Source: Candidatus Poribacteria bacterium (GTDB taxonomy: Bacteria; Poribacteria; WGA-4E; PCPOR2b). From it: a stretch of DNA of 64,000 nucleotides. Position numbers and translations under genes: made by a program. Position 1 is the stretch's first letter; every line of letters starts with the position of its first letter. The stretch spans positions 2,336,001-2,400,000 of the forward strand of contig OZ240245.1 in NCBI GenBank assembly GCA_965198175.1, read 5' to 3'. The notes beneath the pieces were generated by a model. It was not told the origin of the DNA, searched no databases, and worked only from the letters and a program-made list of their open reading frames with translations. Positions 1 to 10,894 of this stretch are shown here, piece after piece.

Positions 1-383
1 CTGTGCGGTAGGGTGGCTCGGATGTGCTGGATGGGATTGCACAGAATCTCCGGCCCAACAAACGACTCTGACAGGTCCAGAATTTTGGGGTTTTTCAGGA
101 AGTTGAAGGCCGCTTTGCCGCGAGCCTGCATGATGTCTAAATTGTCAGCAATTTCCGGAGCTTCCGCTGCTAGACACACGAGCCGGCGTGTAAATGGCTC
201 GTCAACATATAGAGAACTGACCTTTCCTTCTGCGTACAACCGCCTCGCTCGTTCGTCAATGATATCGGAATATTCCTCAATGACCGGACGCAGGTCGTCC
301 GCGTCCAGCCATTTCTCTAGTAGTAGATAGCCGTTTTCGTAGAAAGATGTGATTTGTGATTCCATTAAACGCATGATTGCCAT
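1..383 (-). CDS. Phytanoyl-CoA dioxygenase (PhyH) family Fe(II)/2OG oxygenase, 5' part (runs off the window edge)
   Basis: Manual translation from ATG at 383: MAIMRLMESQITSFYENGYLLLEKWLDADDL...FNFLKNPKILDLSESFVGPEILCNPIQHIRATLPH. The F.ENGYL.L and P.ILD....GPEI patterns are typical of PhyH N-termini. Not in the ORF track because it has no stop in the window. Confidence 0.75.
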   Translation of the reverse strand, partial: MAIMRLMESQITSFYENGYLLLEKWLDADDLRPVIEEYSDIIDERARRLYAEGKVSSLYVDEPFTRRLVCLAAEAPEIADNLDIMQARGKAAFNFLKNPKILDLSESFVGPEILCNPIQHIRATLPH

Positions 384-875
384 GTCCTTATCTGACAGCT
401 AGGCGTCGCCCCTCTCAAGCCTAGAATATATTTATGGAAGTCGGATGTTCCTATCCACAATCAGTCAAAACGATGAGATAAATACGCAGAAATAGAGTCG
501 TTTCCACCAATCGGGCTCCAGTTCCGAACAGATTTAACTTTGAGATACCCTGCGGCTCGCTTACGCTTCTCATCAGCGGATGAACGATAAATCCTGAACG
601 CAGTTAAGTTATTTGGTAGTCGTATCGACCGACTTCAGAAGTTTCGGCTGTATGCTGATATTGATCCAACAAGATTTTCCAGAAAACTTAGTGGGGCGAC
701 TAACACCAAAGCCCAAACCCGATTGGGAGGAACTTGTCGGGAATCCTCAAGCGAAGACAACTGCAGCCTCTTACATCGCCGTAGAGGAAGTGAATGCTCA
801 ATAACGTAAACTTGCCGAAGCAAAGCTTGACTAAAGAATTCAAGTACGAATCATTGCAGTCATTTTGAGTTCAGC

Positions 876-1673
876 CTAATCCCATCGAATTACCCCCCCA
901 GTTCCCAGCAATACCACGGGCGGTGTCCGCAAAACTTCTCCTTCCTTTACTTCAGGCATCCCGATAGGATCTAAGGCATAAGCGATACGACGGGAGAGGT
1001 GTTGCCCCAAATCCGCCTGCATCTCGGTATCGGTCTTAAAGGTAACCTGCCGCCGCTGCTCTGTTTGATAGGCATACCAATACTTGATGTAGCCTCTGAT
1101 TGAGTTATTAAATATCAGTTGTCCTGATTTTGTATCGATTACCTTAATCCAGGCACGTATGTGTGCGCTCAAACGCGTACGAACATAGGTTGCTGATCCT
1201 GAAATTCCTGCTTGTCTCCCTCGCCGCCTGAGGAGCGCGTTATAACCCTTACTAGCGAAGGTGGGATCATTGAGTTTTCCAACCACAACAAAGTCTGCAT
1301 TTAATTCTCGCCCCACCTTTGCAGCTAATGCGACATCCTCAAACATGTGGTTCAGTGTTACACCCATCTCTTCAAGCTTGGATGCAACCGGATTGACACT
1401 CTGTGACTGATCATAAATAAATTGTATATTTTTGTCTGCATTCTTGAACTTTAGTTCAAAGTTTTCAGCAACCCGAACCGGAACCCATCTCCCGAGTTTC
1501 TCAGTTGTCTCTGCGATAAACGGAGCAATCGCAATTCCTTGTGCCTGTTCGAGAGGAGGAGGAGTGGTGATTTTCTCACCTTCGATAACTTTGCCGCACC
1601 CGGCAACCATCACAAGACCTGTCAAAATTAGAAAAACTTGAAACGGAACAGAAACCATCAACGCTCTCTTCAT
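876..1673 (-). CDS. Lipoprotein, CsgG/TolB-N-like fold
   Basis: Signal peptide with lipobox VAGC. Pattern IAIAPF...AAKVGRELNADFVVVG...IKVIDTKSGQLIF resembles CsgG/HfaB/LpoB-like domains. Confidence 0.6.
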   Translation of the reverse strand: MKRALMVSVPFQVFLILTGLVMVAGCGKVIEGEKITTPPPLEQAQGIAIAPFIAETTEKLGRWVPVRVAENFELKFKNADKNIQFIYDQSQSVNPVASKLEEMGVTLNHMFEDVALAAKVGRELNADFVVVGKLNDPTFASKGYNALLRRRGRQAGISGSATYVRTRLSAHIRAWIKVIDTKSGQLIFNNSIRGYIKYWYAYQTEQRRQVTFKTDTEMQADLGQHLSRRIAYALDPIGMPEVKEGEVLRTPPVVLLGTGGVIRWD

Positions 1674-1736
1674 GATTCAGTTTCACTCCTTACCTTAAAT
1701 GAATAATATGCGAACTCGCTTTTTGGAAACGCACAG

Positions 1737-1765
1737 ATTATAGCACAGTTTGATTACTATGTCAA
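1737..1765 (-). promoter_or_regulatory. Sigma70-type promoter for the lipoprotein gene
   Basis: Minus strand reads TTGACA-17 nt-TATAAT, a perfect consensus. Confidence 0.75.
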
Positions 1766-1782
1766 TCATCTCGACGAAAACC

Positions 1783-1811
1783 TTGACAGAAATCCAAGGT
1801 ACGCATAAAAT
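1783..1811 (+). promoter_or_regulatory. Sigma70-type promoter (divergent) for the SDR gene
   Basis: TTGACA-17 nt-TAAAAT. Confidence 0.65.
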
Positions 1812-1859
1812 TACACAATATCTTTTGAATGCAGTTGCTAAGAAATTAAAGATTCATGA

Positions 1860-2633
1860 GTGAAGAGGTCTGAAGTGAGTACAAGAGTTGCCATTGTCAC
1901 AGGAGCAGCCCGTGGAATTGGCCGAGCTATCGCTGAAGCGTTCGCGCAAGGTGGAACTCAAGTGGTCCTGGCTGATATGAACAACGATCAGGGGCAGGCT
2001 GTCGCTGACGCTATGGGCGGCGATTTTGTAATGGTGGACCTTGCCCGTCAAGATGATTGTCACCGCTTGGTGAACGAAACGCTGACGCACTATGGTAGAA
2101 TTGACATATTGGTCAATAACGCCGGGATGCAGCATATTGATACTATTGAGATGTTCCCTGTGGATATCTGGGATAAGATGCTGGCAGTGATGCTAACCGC
2201 TCCCTTTCTACTCACCAAATACGTTTGGCCAACGATGAAGGCAACCGGTTGGGGGCGAATTGTTAATATCGGCTCTATCCACAGCCGCGTTGCCTCACCC
2301 TTTAAGGGGGCATATGTGACAGCCAAACACGGTCTCATCGGTCTCACGCGCACAGCAGCGCTGGAAGGCGGAGCACACGGCATTACCGCCAATGCAATCT
2401 GCCCAGCCTATGTGAGCACCGCCCTTGTGGAAGACCAAATCGTCGACCAGGCTCGCACACATGGAATTTCGCCGCAGGAAGTGATTGAGCAGGTTATGTT
2501 GGAACCCGCAGCCATTAAACGACTCATTGCACCAGAGGAGGTGGCATCCCTTGTCGTCTACTTGTGCTCGGAGGCTGCTGGTGCCATCACTGGAGCGGAC
2601 TGGACCATTGATCTAGGCTGGACGGCGCGCTAG
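1860..2633 (+). CDS. bdhA: 3-hydroxybutyrate dehydrogenase (SDR family); start may be GTG 1875
   Basis: [29 protein letters not shown] (YxxxK) and ICPAYVST motifs typical of HBDH. Confidence 0.8.
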   Translation: MKRSEVSTRVAIVTGAARGIGRAIAEAFAQGGTQVVLADMNNDQGQAVADAMGGDFVMVDLARQDDCHRLVNETLTHYGRIDILVNNAGMQHIDTIEMFPVDIWDKMLAVMLTAPFLLTKYVWPTMKATGWGRIVNIGSIHSRVASPFKGAYVTAKHGLIGLTRTAALEGGAHGITANAICPAYVSTALVEDQIVDQARTHGISPQEVIEQVMLEPAAIKRLIAPEEVASLVVYLCSEAAGAITGADWTIDLGWTAR

Positions 2634-2752
2634 GATTAGAAAAACGCCGCCCTTTATGGGTACGCACAACCTGCACGGACAGGTTTGAAACTTGTCTCAT
2701 TCGTCTCCATACGTAATGTGGGAATGCTTTTTCTGTATAAGGAAGACTTGCT

Positions 2753-3883
2753 TTGCCTGAAAGCGTATACGATGCGGTTATCATCGGTGCTGGAGGTATG
2801 GGAAGTGCGGTGGCATATCACCTTGCTTGCTCCGGCGCCAAAACACTGGTATTAGAACAATTTTCTCGAGGGCATGCTTTCGGCAGTTCACACGGGGATA
2901 GCCGGATCATCCGTCTCGCGTATGAGAAGAAGTTCTATGTGGAATTGATGATATCCGCCTACATTGAATGGCGTAAATTGGAAGCGGCGTCAGGAAAGAA
3001 GTTGCTCTTCAATACCGGCGGTGTAACAATTGCCTCTAAAGGACACGACTACATTGTCGGTTTGCGGGACAGTATGGACGCAGGAGGTGTCGAATCGGAA
3101 TGGTGGGACCGGGAACAAGTTTCCGCACGTTTCCCTCAATTTCAAATTGATGACGGCATGTGCGTTCTGTGGCAAAAAGATACCGGTTTCCTTTACGCCT
3201 CAGAATGCACCTCAACGCATTTGCAACTGGCTGAAAGACACGGGGCAGAGATTCGAGAGAGCACCTGTGTCACGGATATCGACTGGCAGAGCAGTGTTCC
3301 CGAGGTATTTGTCAAAGGGGAATCTTTCCGGGGAAGAAAAGTGATTGTAACCGCAGGACCGTGGACCTCCACCGTTCTCGGCGAACTCAAACTCCCTTTG
3401 ACCGTAACTCGGCAGCAAGTCGTTTATTTCCGTCCAACAAATGTGAATCTTTTTCAACCGGACAAATTTCCCGTCTTCATCGAAATAACACAGGGCGAAT
3501 TCATCTATGGCATACCAGTCTTCGGGAATGACGCCGTTAAAGTTGCCCGGCACGGATTGGGGGAAACGGTGTCTCCGGACACGTGTGACCGCACGCCCAG
3601 TGCCGACTATATTGAGCATCTGCGCGGCTATTTGAAGGCCCGTATTCCCAATGCCGCGGGCGAAATGCTCCGTGCTCAAGTTTGCCTGTACACGGAGACT
3701 TCTGATGGTGATTTTATTATCGACACCCATCCGGACTGTCCGAATCTAGTCATTGCGGCAGGGTTTTCCGGACACGGGTTCAAGTTTTGTAGTCTAGTGG
3801 GGCGGATTCTTGCGGAGATGGCATCATTGGGTCAGACGAGATTCGACCTCGAACCGTTCCGTATAGCGCGATTCTTGCCGTAG
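2753..3883 (+). CDS. solA: Monomeric sarcosine oxidase / N-methyl-L-tryptophan oxidase (FAD)
   Basis: GAGGMGS, GSSHGDSRIIRLAY, CLYT (covalent FAD Cys) and GFSGHGFKF motifs. Confidence 0.85.
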   Translation: MPESVYDAVIIGAGGMGSAVAYHLACSGAKTLVLEQFSRGHAFGSSHGDSRIIRLAYEKKFYVELMISAYIEWRKLEAASGKKLLFNTGGVTIASKGHDYIVGLRDSMDAGGVESEWWDREQVSARFPQFQIDDGMCVLWQKDTGFLYASECTSTHLQLAERHGAEIRESTCVTDIDWQSSVPEVFVKGESFRGRKVIVTAGPWTSTVLGELKLPLTVTRQQVVYFRPTNVNLFQPDKFPVFIEITQGEFIYGIPVFGNDAVKVARHGLGETVSPDTCDRTPSADYIEHLRGYLKARIPNAAGEMLRAQVCLYTETSDGDFIIDTHPDCPNLVIAAGFSGHGFKFCSLVGRILAEMASLGQTRFDLEPFRIARFLP

Positions 3884-3981
3884 GGACATACGGCGATTGC
3901 ACCAATGTAAAATGTCTCAGAGGTAATGCTCGCGTCTAGGTATATTCAGTTAACGTTGGGGCATGAATTACATCGGAACCT

Positions 3982-4554
3982 ATGAACACCCAATCACACG
4001 CGATTATCAATGTTGCATTGCTGAATCGGAAGGATAAGCCGCATCTTCGCCGCTATATGCTGTTGGGTGCATTGATACCTGACTTGCCGATGTTTGTCTT
4101 TTTCGTTGTTGAAACATTTGGCTTTAGACATCCCCAGCAACAGATTTGGTCGGAACGATATTTTCTTACACAGTGGCAGAACCTCTTTGATATCTTCAAC
4201 GCTGTACCGCTCGTACTAATTGTCCTCGGTGTTGGCTATTGGTTCAAATCCGACGCAGTTATGTTCTGTTGCTGGAGCATCCTGCTCCACTGTGGCGTTG
4301 ATTTTTTCCTACACCACGACGACGCCCACCGACATTTTTTCCCGTTCTTGCAATTCAGATTCAGGAGTCCAATCTCATACTGGGACCCATCCCACTATGG
4401 GCGTATTGCCTCACTCGTTGAAATCGTGGCAACGATCTTGGCTTCTATCTTCCTTTTTCCTCACCTACAATCCCGAATTGCGCGAAGCGTTTTAATCGCT
4501 GTGAATTTCCTTTCTGTGCTCGTCTATGTGGGTTTCGCGATCTTTTTTAACTGA
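3982..4554 (+). CDS. Membrane-bound metal-dependent hydrolase-like protein (YdjM-like)
   Basis: N-terminal SH, GALIPD, LH..VD..LHHDDAHRHF and SYWDP motifs; several hydrophobic helices. Confidence 0.55.
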   Translation: MNTQSHAIINVALLNRKDKPHLRRYMLLGALIPDLPMFVFFVVETFGFRHPQQQIWSERYFLTQWQNLFDIFNAVPLVLIVLGVGYWFKSDAVMFCCWSILLHCGVDFFLHHDDAHRHFFPFLQFRFRSPISYWDPSHYGRIASLVEIVATILASIFLFPHLQSRIARSVLIAVNFLSVLVYVGFAIFFN

Positions 4555-4687
4555 CCAGCTCTACACGCCCTTGGCCCAATATTAGAGTTCCTTTGGGCTT
4601 GCATCGGTATCGTTTGGCCTTTTCTGCACCCTGTATCCTGCGAGATAATCCAGGCTGCCATGCGATTCCCGCTATATGCCTCCTGTC

Positions 4688-5563
4688 TTATTTCTGCATC
4701 CGATTAAGCATCGCAAACAGGTTTTGAATGCAGAGTCGAGACGCTTCTTCACCAGCTTGGGAAAAGATGGTGCCACCGGGGTGTTGAAGCTGATCGTCGT
4801 CGATCTTCAGAATTGAACGCCAGTGAGTTTCCAAACACAGGTGTCCCTCATACCCGTCATCAACAAAAGCCTGAAGCTGCCCCTGCCAATCAATGACGCC
4901 TTCGCCGACCGGGACACATTCAATTTTACCGGTTGCGGGATTTTTCCCGGCGTCCTTCAGGTGAGCATGAACCATTAGTAATTTGAGGCGGTTGTAGGCA
5001 TCAGGATACGGTTTTTCTCCATCCTCGTCGACGTGGGCTTCATTTGCCGGGTCCCAGATGGCACGGACGTTGGGCGAGTTGATTTCGCGCACAAAGCGCT
5101 CCGTCAGTTGGGCAGTCGCAAGTGAGGTGGAGTGTTCGTTTTCCATACCCAAGATAACCCCTGCCCGCTCGGCAATCCGTACCGGTTCATCATAGGCGGA
5201 GACAATCTCAGCCCAACGCTCCTCCGTGTTGTCAGTTTTCCAGAAAGCGAAGGTACGAATCAGGTTGGTGCCAAACACCTCCGCTAGCTTGATGCACTGC
5301 CTCAGGATATTCAGATGTTCCCTTCGTACATTGACATTGTCGATGTCACATTTGAAGAACGGCGAAGCAATCCCGGCAATCTGGAGATTTGTCCTCTTCA
5401 AAATCCGCTTCATCTCGCCGATATCACTCCCCACTAACATCTGCGGAGGCTTTTCCCACACGGACCGAATCTCAATGGAATCTAGCTTGAACGCCGTTGC
5501 AAAATCAACAACCGTTTGGAAGTCCTGTGAAACCTCATCACCAATAACACCAATCTTGAACAT
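4688..5563 (-). CDS. Sugar phosphate isomerase/epimerase (xylose isomerase-like TIM barrel)
   Basis: MENE, WDPAN, HAHLKDA, VPVGEG and LETH motifs. ATG 5563 has a GGAG SD (the ORF track starts at 5617). Confidence 0.8.
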   Translation of the reverse strand: MFKIGVIGDEVSQDFQTVVDFATAFKLDSIEIRSVWEKPPQMLVGSDIGEMKRILKRTNLQIAGIASPFFKCDIDNVNVRREHLNILRQCIKLAEVFGTNLIRTFAFWKTDNTEERWAEIVSAYDEPVRIAERAGVILGMENEHSTSLATAQLTERFVREINSPNVRAIWDPANEAHVDEDGEKPYPDAYNRLKLLMVHAHLKDAGKNPATGKIECVPVGEGVIDWQGQLQAFVDDGYEGHLCLETHWRSILKIDDDQLQHPGGTIFSQAGEEASRLCIQNLFAMLNRMQK

Positions 5564-5716
5564 CTGCTTTTTCTCCACGATTAAGTTAACACTTAAGGTT
5601 GTCTGACGTTTACGCAATCATTTCTCTTACTATCAACCGGCGCTAAATCCGAAATAAAACTCAAAATTGCAGCCGCCCCCAACCAGATAAACTAATCCCA
5701 GAATCTTTGTGCATTT

Positions 5717-7369
5717 TCAAATCTTGATGGTGGGGCAATGTATATTTCGTTTCACATTTTCTGCATACCGATGACGGAGAAATTTCTTGTCGAGCTTTCC
5801 CACGCTGGTCCGCGGGATTTCATCAACTAACGCAATCTTGTCGGGCAACCAAAATTTGGGGAACTTGGGAGCGAGATGCGCAACTAATTCTTCTTCCGTT
5901 ACGGGACCGGCATCCGGATTCAAAACGACAACCGCCATCGGTCGTTCGCTCCACTGCTCATCGGGAATTGCGATTACTGCAGCTTCCATCACCTTGGAGT
6001 GTTTCATCAGCGCGTTTTCGAGTTCGACGCTAGAGATCCATTCGCCACCGCTTTTGACCAAGTCTGTTGCCCGGTCCACTATCTGCATACAGCCATCTGG
6101 ACTTATCGTCGCCACGTCGCCCGTACGGAACCACTCATCTGAAGTGAAATGTTCTGGACTGCGTTCAATCTTGTAATAGCTTCTGGCGACCCACGGCCCA
6201 CGGACTTGTAGTTCACCCATCGTAACACCATCCCAGGGTACAATTCCACCCGCCTCGTTCACAATACGCATCTCGATGCCTGCAAGGGCATAACCCTGCT
6301 TCGATTTGATATCCCATTGCTCGTGTTCTGAGATGGCGCTATGACGGCTTTGCAGATTTAACAGTGTTCCAACGGGGGACGTTTCTGTCATGCCCCACCC
6401 TTGCATCACATTGACGTGCAACTCCTTCTCGTAGGTTTCGATGAGCGAACGGGGCATGGCTGCCCCACCAACTGCCAAGGAGCGGATATGTGCAATATCC
6501 CGTGGATTTGTCTTCAGCTCTTGATACAGTCCCGCCCAGAGCGTAGGCACCCCTGCGGGTACTGTGACCCGTTCTTCAGCGATAATCTGCGCCAAATCCG
6601 GAGGTTTTAGATGCTGCCCAGGCAGAACCATGTCAGATCCGGCATACGCACAAGCATAGGGCAAGCCCCACGCCATCGCATGGAACATCGGTACAACTGG
6701 CATAACCACATCTTGCTCTTTCAGTGCGAACGCGTTAGCATGGCTAATTCCCATCGTGTGCAGGTACACAGATCGATGGCTATAAAGTACACCCTTTGGA
6801 TGTCCTGTTGTGCCACTGGTATAGCACAAACCCATCGCCGCGTTTTCGTTGGTGCTCCTCCATTTATAATCTTCTAATGCTTCAGCCATCAGGTCTTCGT
6901 AAAAATACACATTGGTCAGTTTGGTTTCGAGCCCCGTATTGGCGTTGAACAGGACATAGTGTTCCACGCAGTTAATCTGATCAGCAACCTGCTCGAATAA
7001 CGGCAGGATAGTCGAATCAATGAACACGACCTTATCCTCCGCATGATTCACAACGTAAGCGAGTTGCTCAGGAGAAAGGCGGATGTTCAATGTATGACAA
7101 ACCGAAGCGCTACACGGTATCGCATAATACAACTCCAGGTGTTGAAAATTATTCCATGCAAAGGTGCCTACCCGGTCACCCGATTTGACGCCTAGATTGC
7201 CCAAGACATTTGCCAGCCGCTTGACGCGGTCGTAAAGATTGGCGTATGTATACCGATGCAAGGAGCCGTCGGGGAGCTTCGTGGTAATCCGTTTGTAGGG
7301 ATGCATGCGGTAAGCGTGTTCCAAAATCCGGTCAATTGTGAGTGGGTAATCCATCATTAAACCTTGCAT
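5717..7369 (-). CDS. Long/medium-chain fatty acid--CoA ligase (DmdB/AlkK-like)
   Basis: [15 protein letters not shown]-binding motif, [15 protein letters not shown] and [13 protein letters not shown]. Confidence 0.9.
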   Translation of the reverse strand: MQGLMMDYPLTIDRILEHAYRMHPYKRITTKLPDGSLHRYTYANLYDRVKRLANVLGNLGVKSGDRVGTFAWNNFQHLELYYAIPCSASVCHTLNIRLSPEQLAYVVNHAEDKVVFIDSTILPLFEQVADQINCVEHYVLFNANTGLETKLTNVYFYEDLMAEALEDYKWRSTNENAAMGLCYTSGTTGHPKGVLYSHRSVYLHTMGISHANAFALKEQDVVMPVVPMFHAMAWGLPYACAYAGSDMVLPGQHLKPPDLAQIIAEERVTVPAGVPTLWAGLYQELKTNPRDIAHIRSLAVGGAAMPRSLIETYEKELHVNVMQGWGMTETSPVGTLLNLQSRHSAISEHEQWDIKSKQGYALAGIEMRIVNEAGGIVPWDGVTMGELQVRGPWVARSYYKIERSPEHFTSDEWFRTGDVATISPDGCMQIVDRATDLVKSGGEWISSVELENALMKHSKVMEAAVIAIPDEQWSERPMAVVVLNPDAGPVTEEELVAHLAPKFPKFWLPDKIALVDEIPRTSVGKLDKKFLRHRYAENVKRNIHCPTIKI

Positions 7370-7495
7370 TGATGGCCCTCCTTGTAGGAGTTCAACTGGT
7401 GAACTGTGGAATGTAGTCCGACAAAACCATCCTCAGATTCACCGCTCCAGACCCAAAGTCTTCAAGATGTTACCCCAACTTCATCGGAATTGACG

Positions 7496-10400
7496 CTATG
7501 CCAGTTCGTTAAGCAGAACATTTGCTGCCTTGAGATCTGCAGTGTCAAAACCCTCCTTGAACCAACCGTAAATCTCAACAAGCAGCGTTCTGGCTTCCAC
7601 CTTTTTGCCTTGCTTCTGCCACAGGCGGCTCAAACTTACTGCTGCCCGCAATTCTAGAGACTTCGCGCACTGTCGTTGGGCGATCTCAATGGCTCGACGA
7701 AAACACACCTCGACATCAACTTTTGCTTCGGCTTCGCTTCGCAGCAACAATAGTTCGCCCTTGATCCGATATAACTCGGCTTCAAAGAACCGATCGCCGC
7801 GCCTTTCCACTGCCTCTAACGCGTCAGTTAGCACAGAAAGCCCCTCGTCTAGCTTTTCAACTTTCACATACGATTCAGCCAGCAGGGCCAGAAAGTAGGG
7901 GCGCAATATCTCCGCACCGGTTGTACGCCAGTCTGTCAGCCCTTGCTGCATCTGCGCAATTCCCGTGTCTTCCATCCCTTGTTCGGTCAGCGCCCAACCC
8001 TCACCAATCGCTCCAGCCGATGCCCAGAGCGTAAATCCTTGTTCGGTGGAAATCGCTTTCACCGCCTCTGCCTGTTCCTGGGCAGCTCCCACTTCCCGTC
8101 GACACTGATGAACCATCCCAGCGAAGTACAACGCAACCGACTTGCTGAACGGGTGATCGACCGCCTTGGCAAGAGCTAATACGTCATGAATTCTTCTCAG
8201 GGCTTGGTCAGGATAGCCGAGAAACCACAACACCGCAGCAGAATACGATAGACAGGTCATCCGGGCATCCGCTAAATAATGAAAAAAAGTGCGAGAGTGG
8301 TGCTGCTGCGAATCATAAAGTGCGATCCCGTGCTCCAAGCGTTCTTGAGAAGCAACGAAGTTTCCAAGATAGCACAAAGTAGCCCCCAACGCCCGATGTG
8401 CTTCTAGAAGCAAAGCCCGGTCTTTTGCATGCTCAGCCAAATTAAGCAGTTGCTCTCCTAGCTCGCGTGCCGTCTCCAGCTCCGCCCTCACCAAATGAGC
8501 CAACCACAGTCCGAACAGCACCGGAAAGAGTTGAGGGGTCTCGCCCAACTCCTGACAAAGCTCACGTGCCCGGGTGTAGGCGTCTACCACTTCTGAAGCC
8601 GCATACCCTCTAGTAGCTATTAACGCCGGGCCGAGAGTTGTTTGCAAGACGAGTTCATGCTTGGATTTCCCATGGCTATCCGGGAGATTATTGAGTAGCT
8701 CTAGTCCTCTGGTAGCGTGGCGAATTGCTTCCACATTGGCTGAACGTTCAATGGCTCTCTGACCGGCTCGCTGCCAATAGACCAGCGCGTCATTGTTAAG
8801 ACCCGCCTCAGTGTAATGATGGGCTAATACTCCGGGCTGAGTTTCGGCAAACTCCGGAAATTGCTCCGCCAAAACCTCCGCAATTTGCCGATGGTATTGC
8901 CCTCTTGTGCTCTTGAGCAGCGAATGATAGGCTGCCTCCCGGATAAGGGGGTGCCTGAAGACATACGTTGTCCCACTCGAGTGGTTGAGGTGCTGGAGAC
9001 CGAGGAGTTCAGCGTCCACTAACCGAGACAATTCTCTTCGCAGTGTCACTTCATCAAGTAATGAGACGGCCTGGAGCACATCATATGAAAACTGGCTTCC
9101 CAGCGCAGCCCCTAGTTGCGCTACCTCTTTGGCTGAGCCTAGCTGATCTAGGCGGGCAGTCAGCGAATCTTGCAGCGTCGTAGGAATCGCCAGCGATAGT
9201 AGCGGTTGCGTTAATTCGTAGCCTCCTTCTCGTTCCCGAAGCAGTCCCGACTCCAGAACCATCTTAGTCAATTCTTCCACAAACAGAGGCACCCCATCTG
9301 TCTTTGTAACAATCTGTCTCATCACCTCGGACGGCAGCAACTTACCTTTTGTGATGTGGTCAACCATGGTCGCCACCTGTTTTCGGGTTAAGCGGTTTAA
9401 TGTAATCGGTGTCACATGCGAGCGAGTAAGCCATGACGGACTAAAATCTGAACGAAATGTCAGCAAGGTAAGGATATTGGGTGTTGAACCTCGATCTACG
9501 ACGAGGTTGAGGAGTTCTAGCGTGGAAGGGTCAGCCCAGTGCAGGTCTTCCACAATCAACAATACAGGGTGCTGTTTTGTCCGCCCTAGGAAAATCTCGA
9601 GTAGGGCTTCAAGCGTTTTTTGCCGCTGTCGTTGGGGAGTGAGCTTCAGAGACGGGTAGCGGTCCTGAGAGAGCGGTATGGAAAGGAAAGAAGCGAACAG
9701 GGTCCCATATCCTTCAACGGAAAAACCTGAAGACGTTAGAAAATCCTCTAGTTTGGACAACTTTTTATCGGAAGAGTCTTCCCGCTCAAACCCCAACACT
9801 ACACGCTGGAGCATGTCAATAATTGGGTAAAGGGCGCTATTCTGATGGTACGGTGAACAGCGGCATTCGATTATGGGTGAAACCTCGCCCCACGAATCTG
9901 AAAAGACTCTTGAGTTTTTCTTCGCAAACGTTCCTCTCCTAACGTGCTCTTTCAGCATCTGCACCATGCGCGATTTCCCGATTCCCGGTTCTCCACTGAG
10001 CAACACGACCTGTCCCGTTCCTTCGACACTTTGCTCCCAGCGTTCCAGCAATAGCCCGACAACCTGGTCTCTGCCCACCAGCGGAGTCAGTCCGGCAGTT
10101 GCAGCTACATCAAGTCGGCTGCGAGCTTTGCTCGCAAGAACTTGATGCACCCGAATGGGATAGGATATTCCTTTGAGCGTTCGATCGCCCAACGCACGAC
10201 AGTCGAAAAATCCCACAATCAGTTTATGGGTTGCCGCGCTAATCACCACAGTATTCGGTTCGGCAAGTGCCTGTATGCGGGCGGCGATATTTGGGGTTTC
10301 ACCCACAATGGCCATCAATTCTAGTTGGCCCCCTTCACCCATGTCTCCTGCCACCACCAACCCTGTGTGAATCCCGACACGCACTTCCAACCGAAGCTCA

Positions 10401-10843
10401 TTTTCCTGTTGTAGGCGCGCATTCAGCCTCTTCATTCCCTCAACAATCCCCAATCCGGCGCGTATTGCACGCTGGGCGTTGTCCTCGTGAGCATGGGGAT
10501 AACCAAAGTAGACCAAAAGCCCATCCCCGAAATATCGAGCGATATGTCCTTCAAAGCGGCGGATGGCTTTCGCACACACCGCTTGATAATCGCTCAGAAC
10601 ATCGCGTAGCTCTTCAGGGTCGAGTCTCTCAGAGAGTGAGGTTGAGCCTACCAGATCACAGAACATTACTGTCAACTGTCGGCGGTCCGCTTCAGGTATA
10701 TCACGCAGACTAGATACAGGTCTGACAGATGTTACTCCGGTTGACGCCGGCAGCGTGTGTGTATTCAGTTTCGCCCCACAATTCATGCAGAATAAGGCTT
10801 CCTCTGGGTTGTCATGCCGGCAAGTTTGACATCGCATTCGCAA
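7496..10843 (-). CDS. Zinc-ribbon + class III nucleotidyl cyclase + AAA (STAND-type) ATPase + TPR protein
   Basis: CQTC..FCMNCG ribbon; MFCDLVGST, FGDG and GETPNIAARIQ cyclase motifs; Walker A GEPGIGKS; Walker B IVEDLHWAD; helical TPR C-terminus ending GFDTADL. Confidence 0.9.
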   Translation of the reverse strand: MRMRCQTCRHDNPEEALFCMNCGAKLNTHTLPASTGVTSVRPVSSLRDIPEADRRQLTVMFCDLVGSTSLSERLDPEELRDVLSDYQAVCAKAIRRFEGHIARYFGDGLLVYFGYPHAHEDNAQRAIRAGLGIVEGMKRLNARLQQENELRLEVRVGIHTGLVVAGDMGEGGQLELMAIVGETPNIAARIQALAEPNTVVISAATHKLIVGFFDCRALGDRTLKGISYPIRVHQVLASKARSRLDVAATAGLTPLVGRDQVVGLLLERWEQSVEGTGQVVLLSGEPGIGKSRMVQMLKEHVRRGTFAKKNSRVFSDSWGEVSPIIECRCSPYHQNSALYPIIDMLQRVVLGFEREDSSDKKLSKLEDFLTSSGFSVEGYGTLFASFLSIPLSQDRYPSLKLTPQRQRQKTLEALLEIFLGRTKQHPVLLIVEDLHWADPSTLELLNLVVDRGSTPNILTLLTFRSDFSPSWLTRSHVTPITLNRLTRKQVATMVDHITKGKLLPSEVMRQIVTKTDGVPLFVEELTKMVLESGLLREREGGYELTQPLLSLAIPTTLQDSLTARLDQLGSAKEVAQLGAALGSQFSYDVLQAVSLLDEVTLRRELSRLVDAELLGLQHLNHSSGTTYVFRHPLIREAAYHSLLKSTRGQYHRQIAEVLAEQFPEFAETQPGVLAHHYTEAGLNNDALVYWQRAGQRAIERSANVEAIRHATRGLELLNNLPDSHGKSKHELVLQTTLGPALIATRGYAASEVVDAYTRARELCQELGETPQLFPVLFGLWLAHLVRAELETARELGEQLLNLAEHAKDRALLLEAHRALGATLCYLGNFVASQERLEHGIALYDSQQHHSRTFFHYLADARMTCLSYSAAVLWFLGYPDQALRRIHDVLALAKAVDHPFSKSVALYFAGMVHQCRREVGAAQEQAEAVKAISTEQGFTLWASAGAIGEGWALTEQGMEDTGIAQMQQGLTDWRTTGAEILRPYFLALLAESYVKVEKLDEGLSVLTDALEAVERRGDRFFEAELYRIKGELLLLRSEAEAKVDVEVCFRRAIEIAQRQCAKSLELRAAVSLSRLWQKQGKKVEARTLLVEIYGWFKEGFDTADLKAANVLLNELA

Positions 10844-10894
10844 AACTCCTATGTGAGTATGATCCGAACATTAAATACTGCGGTGAACCCGTCT

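Noticed and set aside
613..804. 63-aa ORF in the gap between PhyH and the lipoprotein
   Set aside because: No recognisable domain or clear SD; may be spurious or a remnant.
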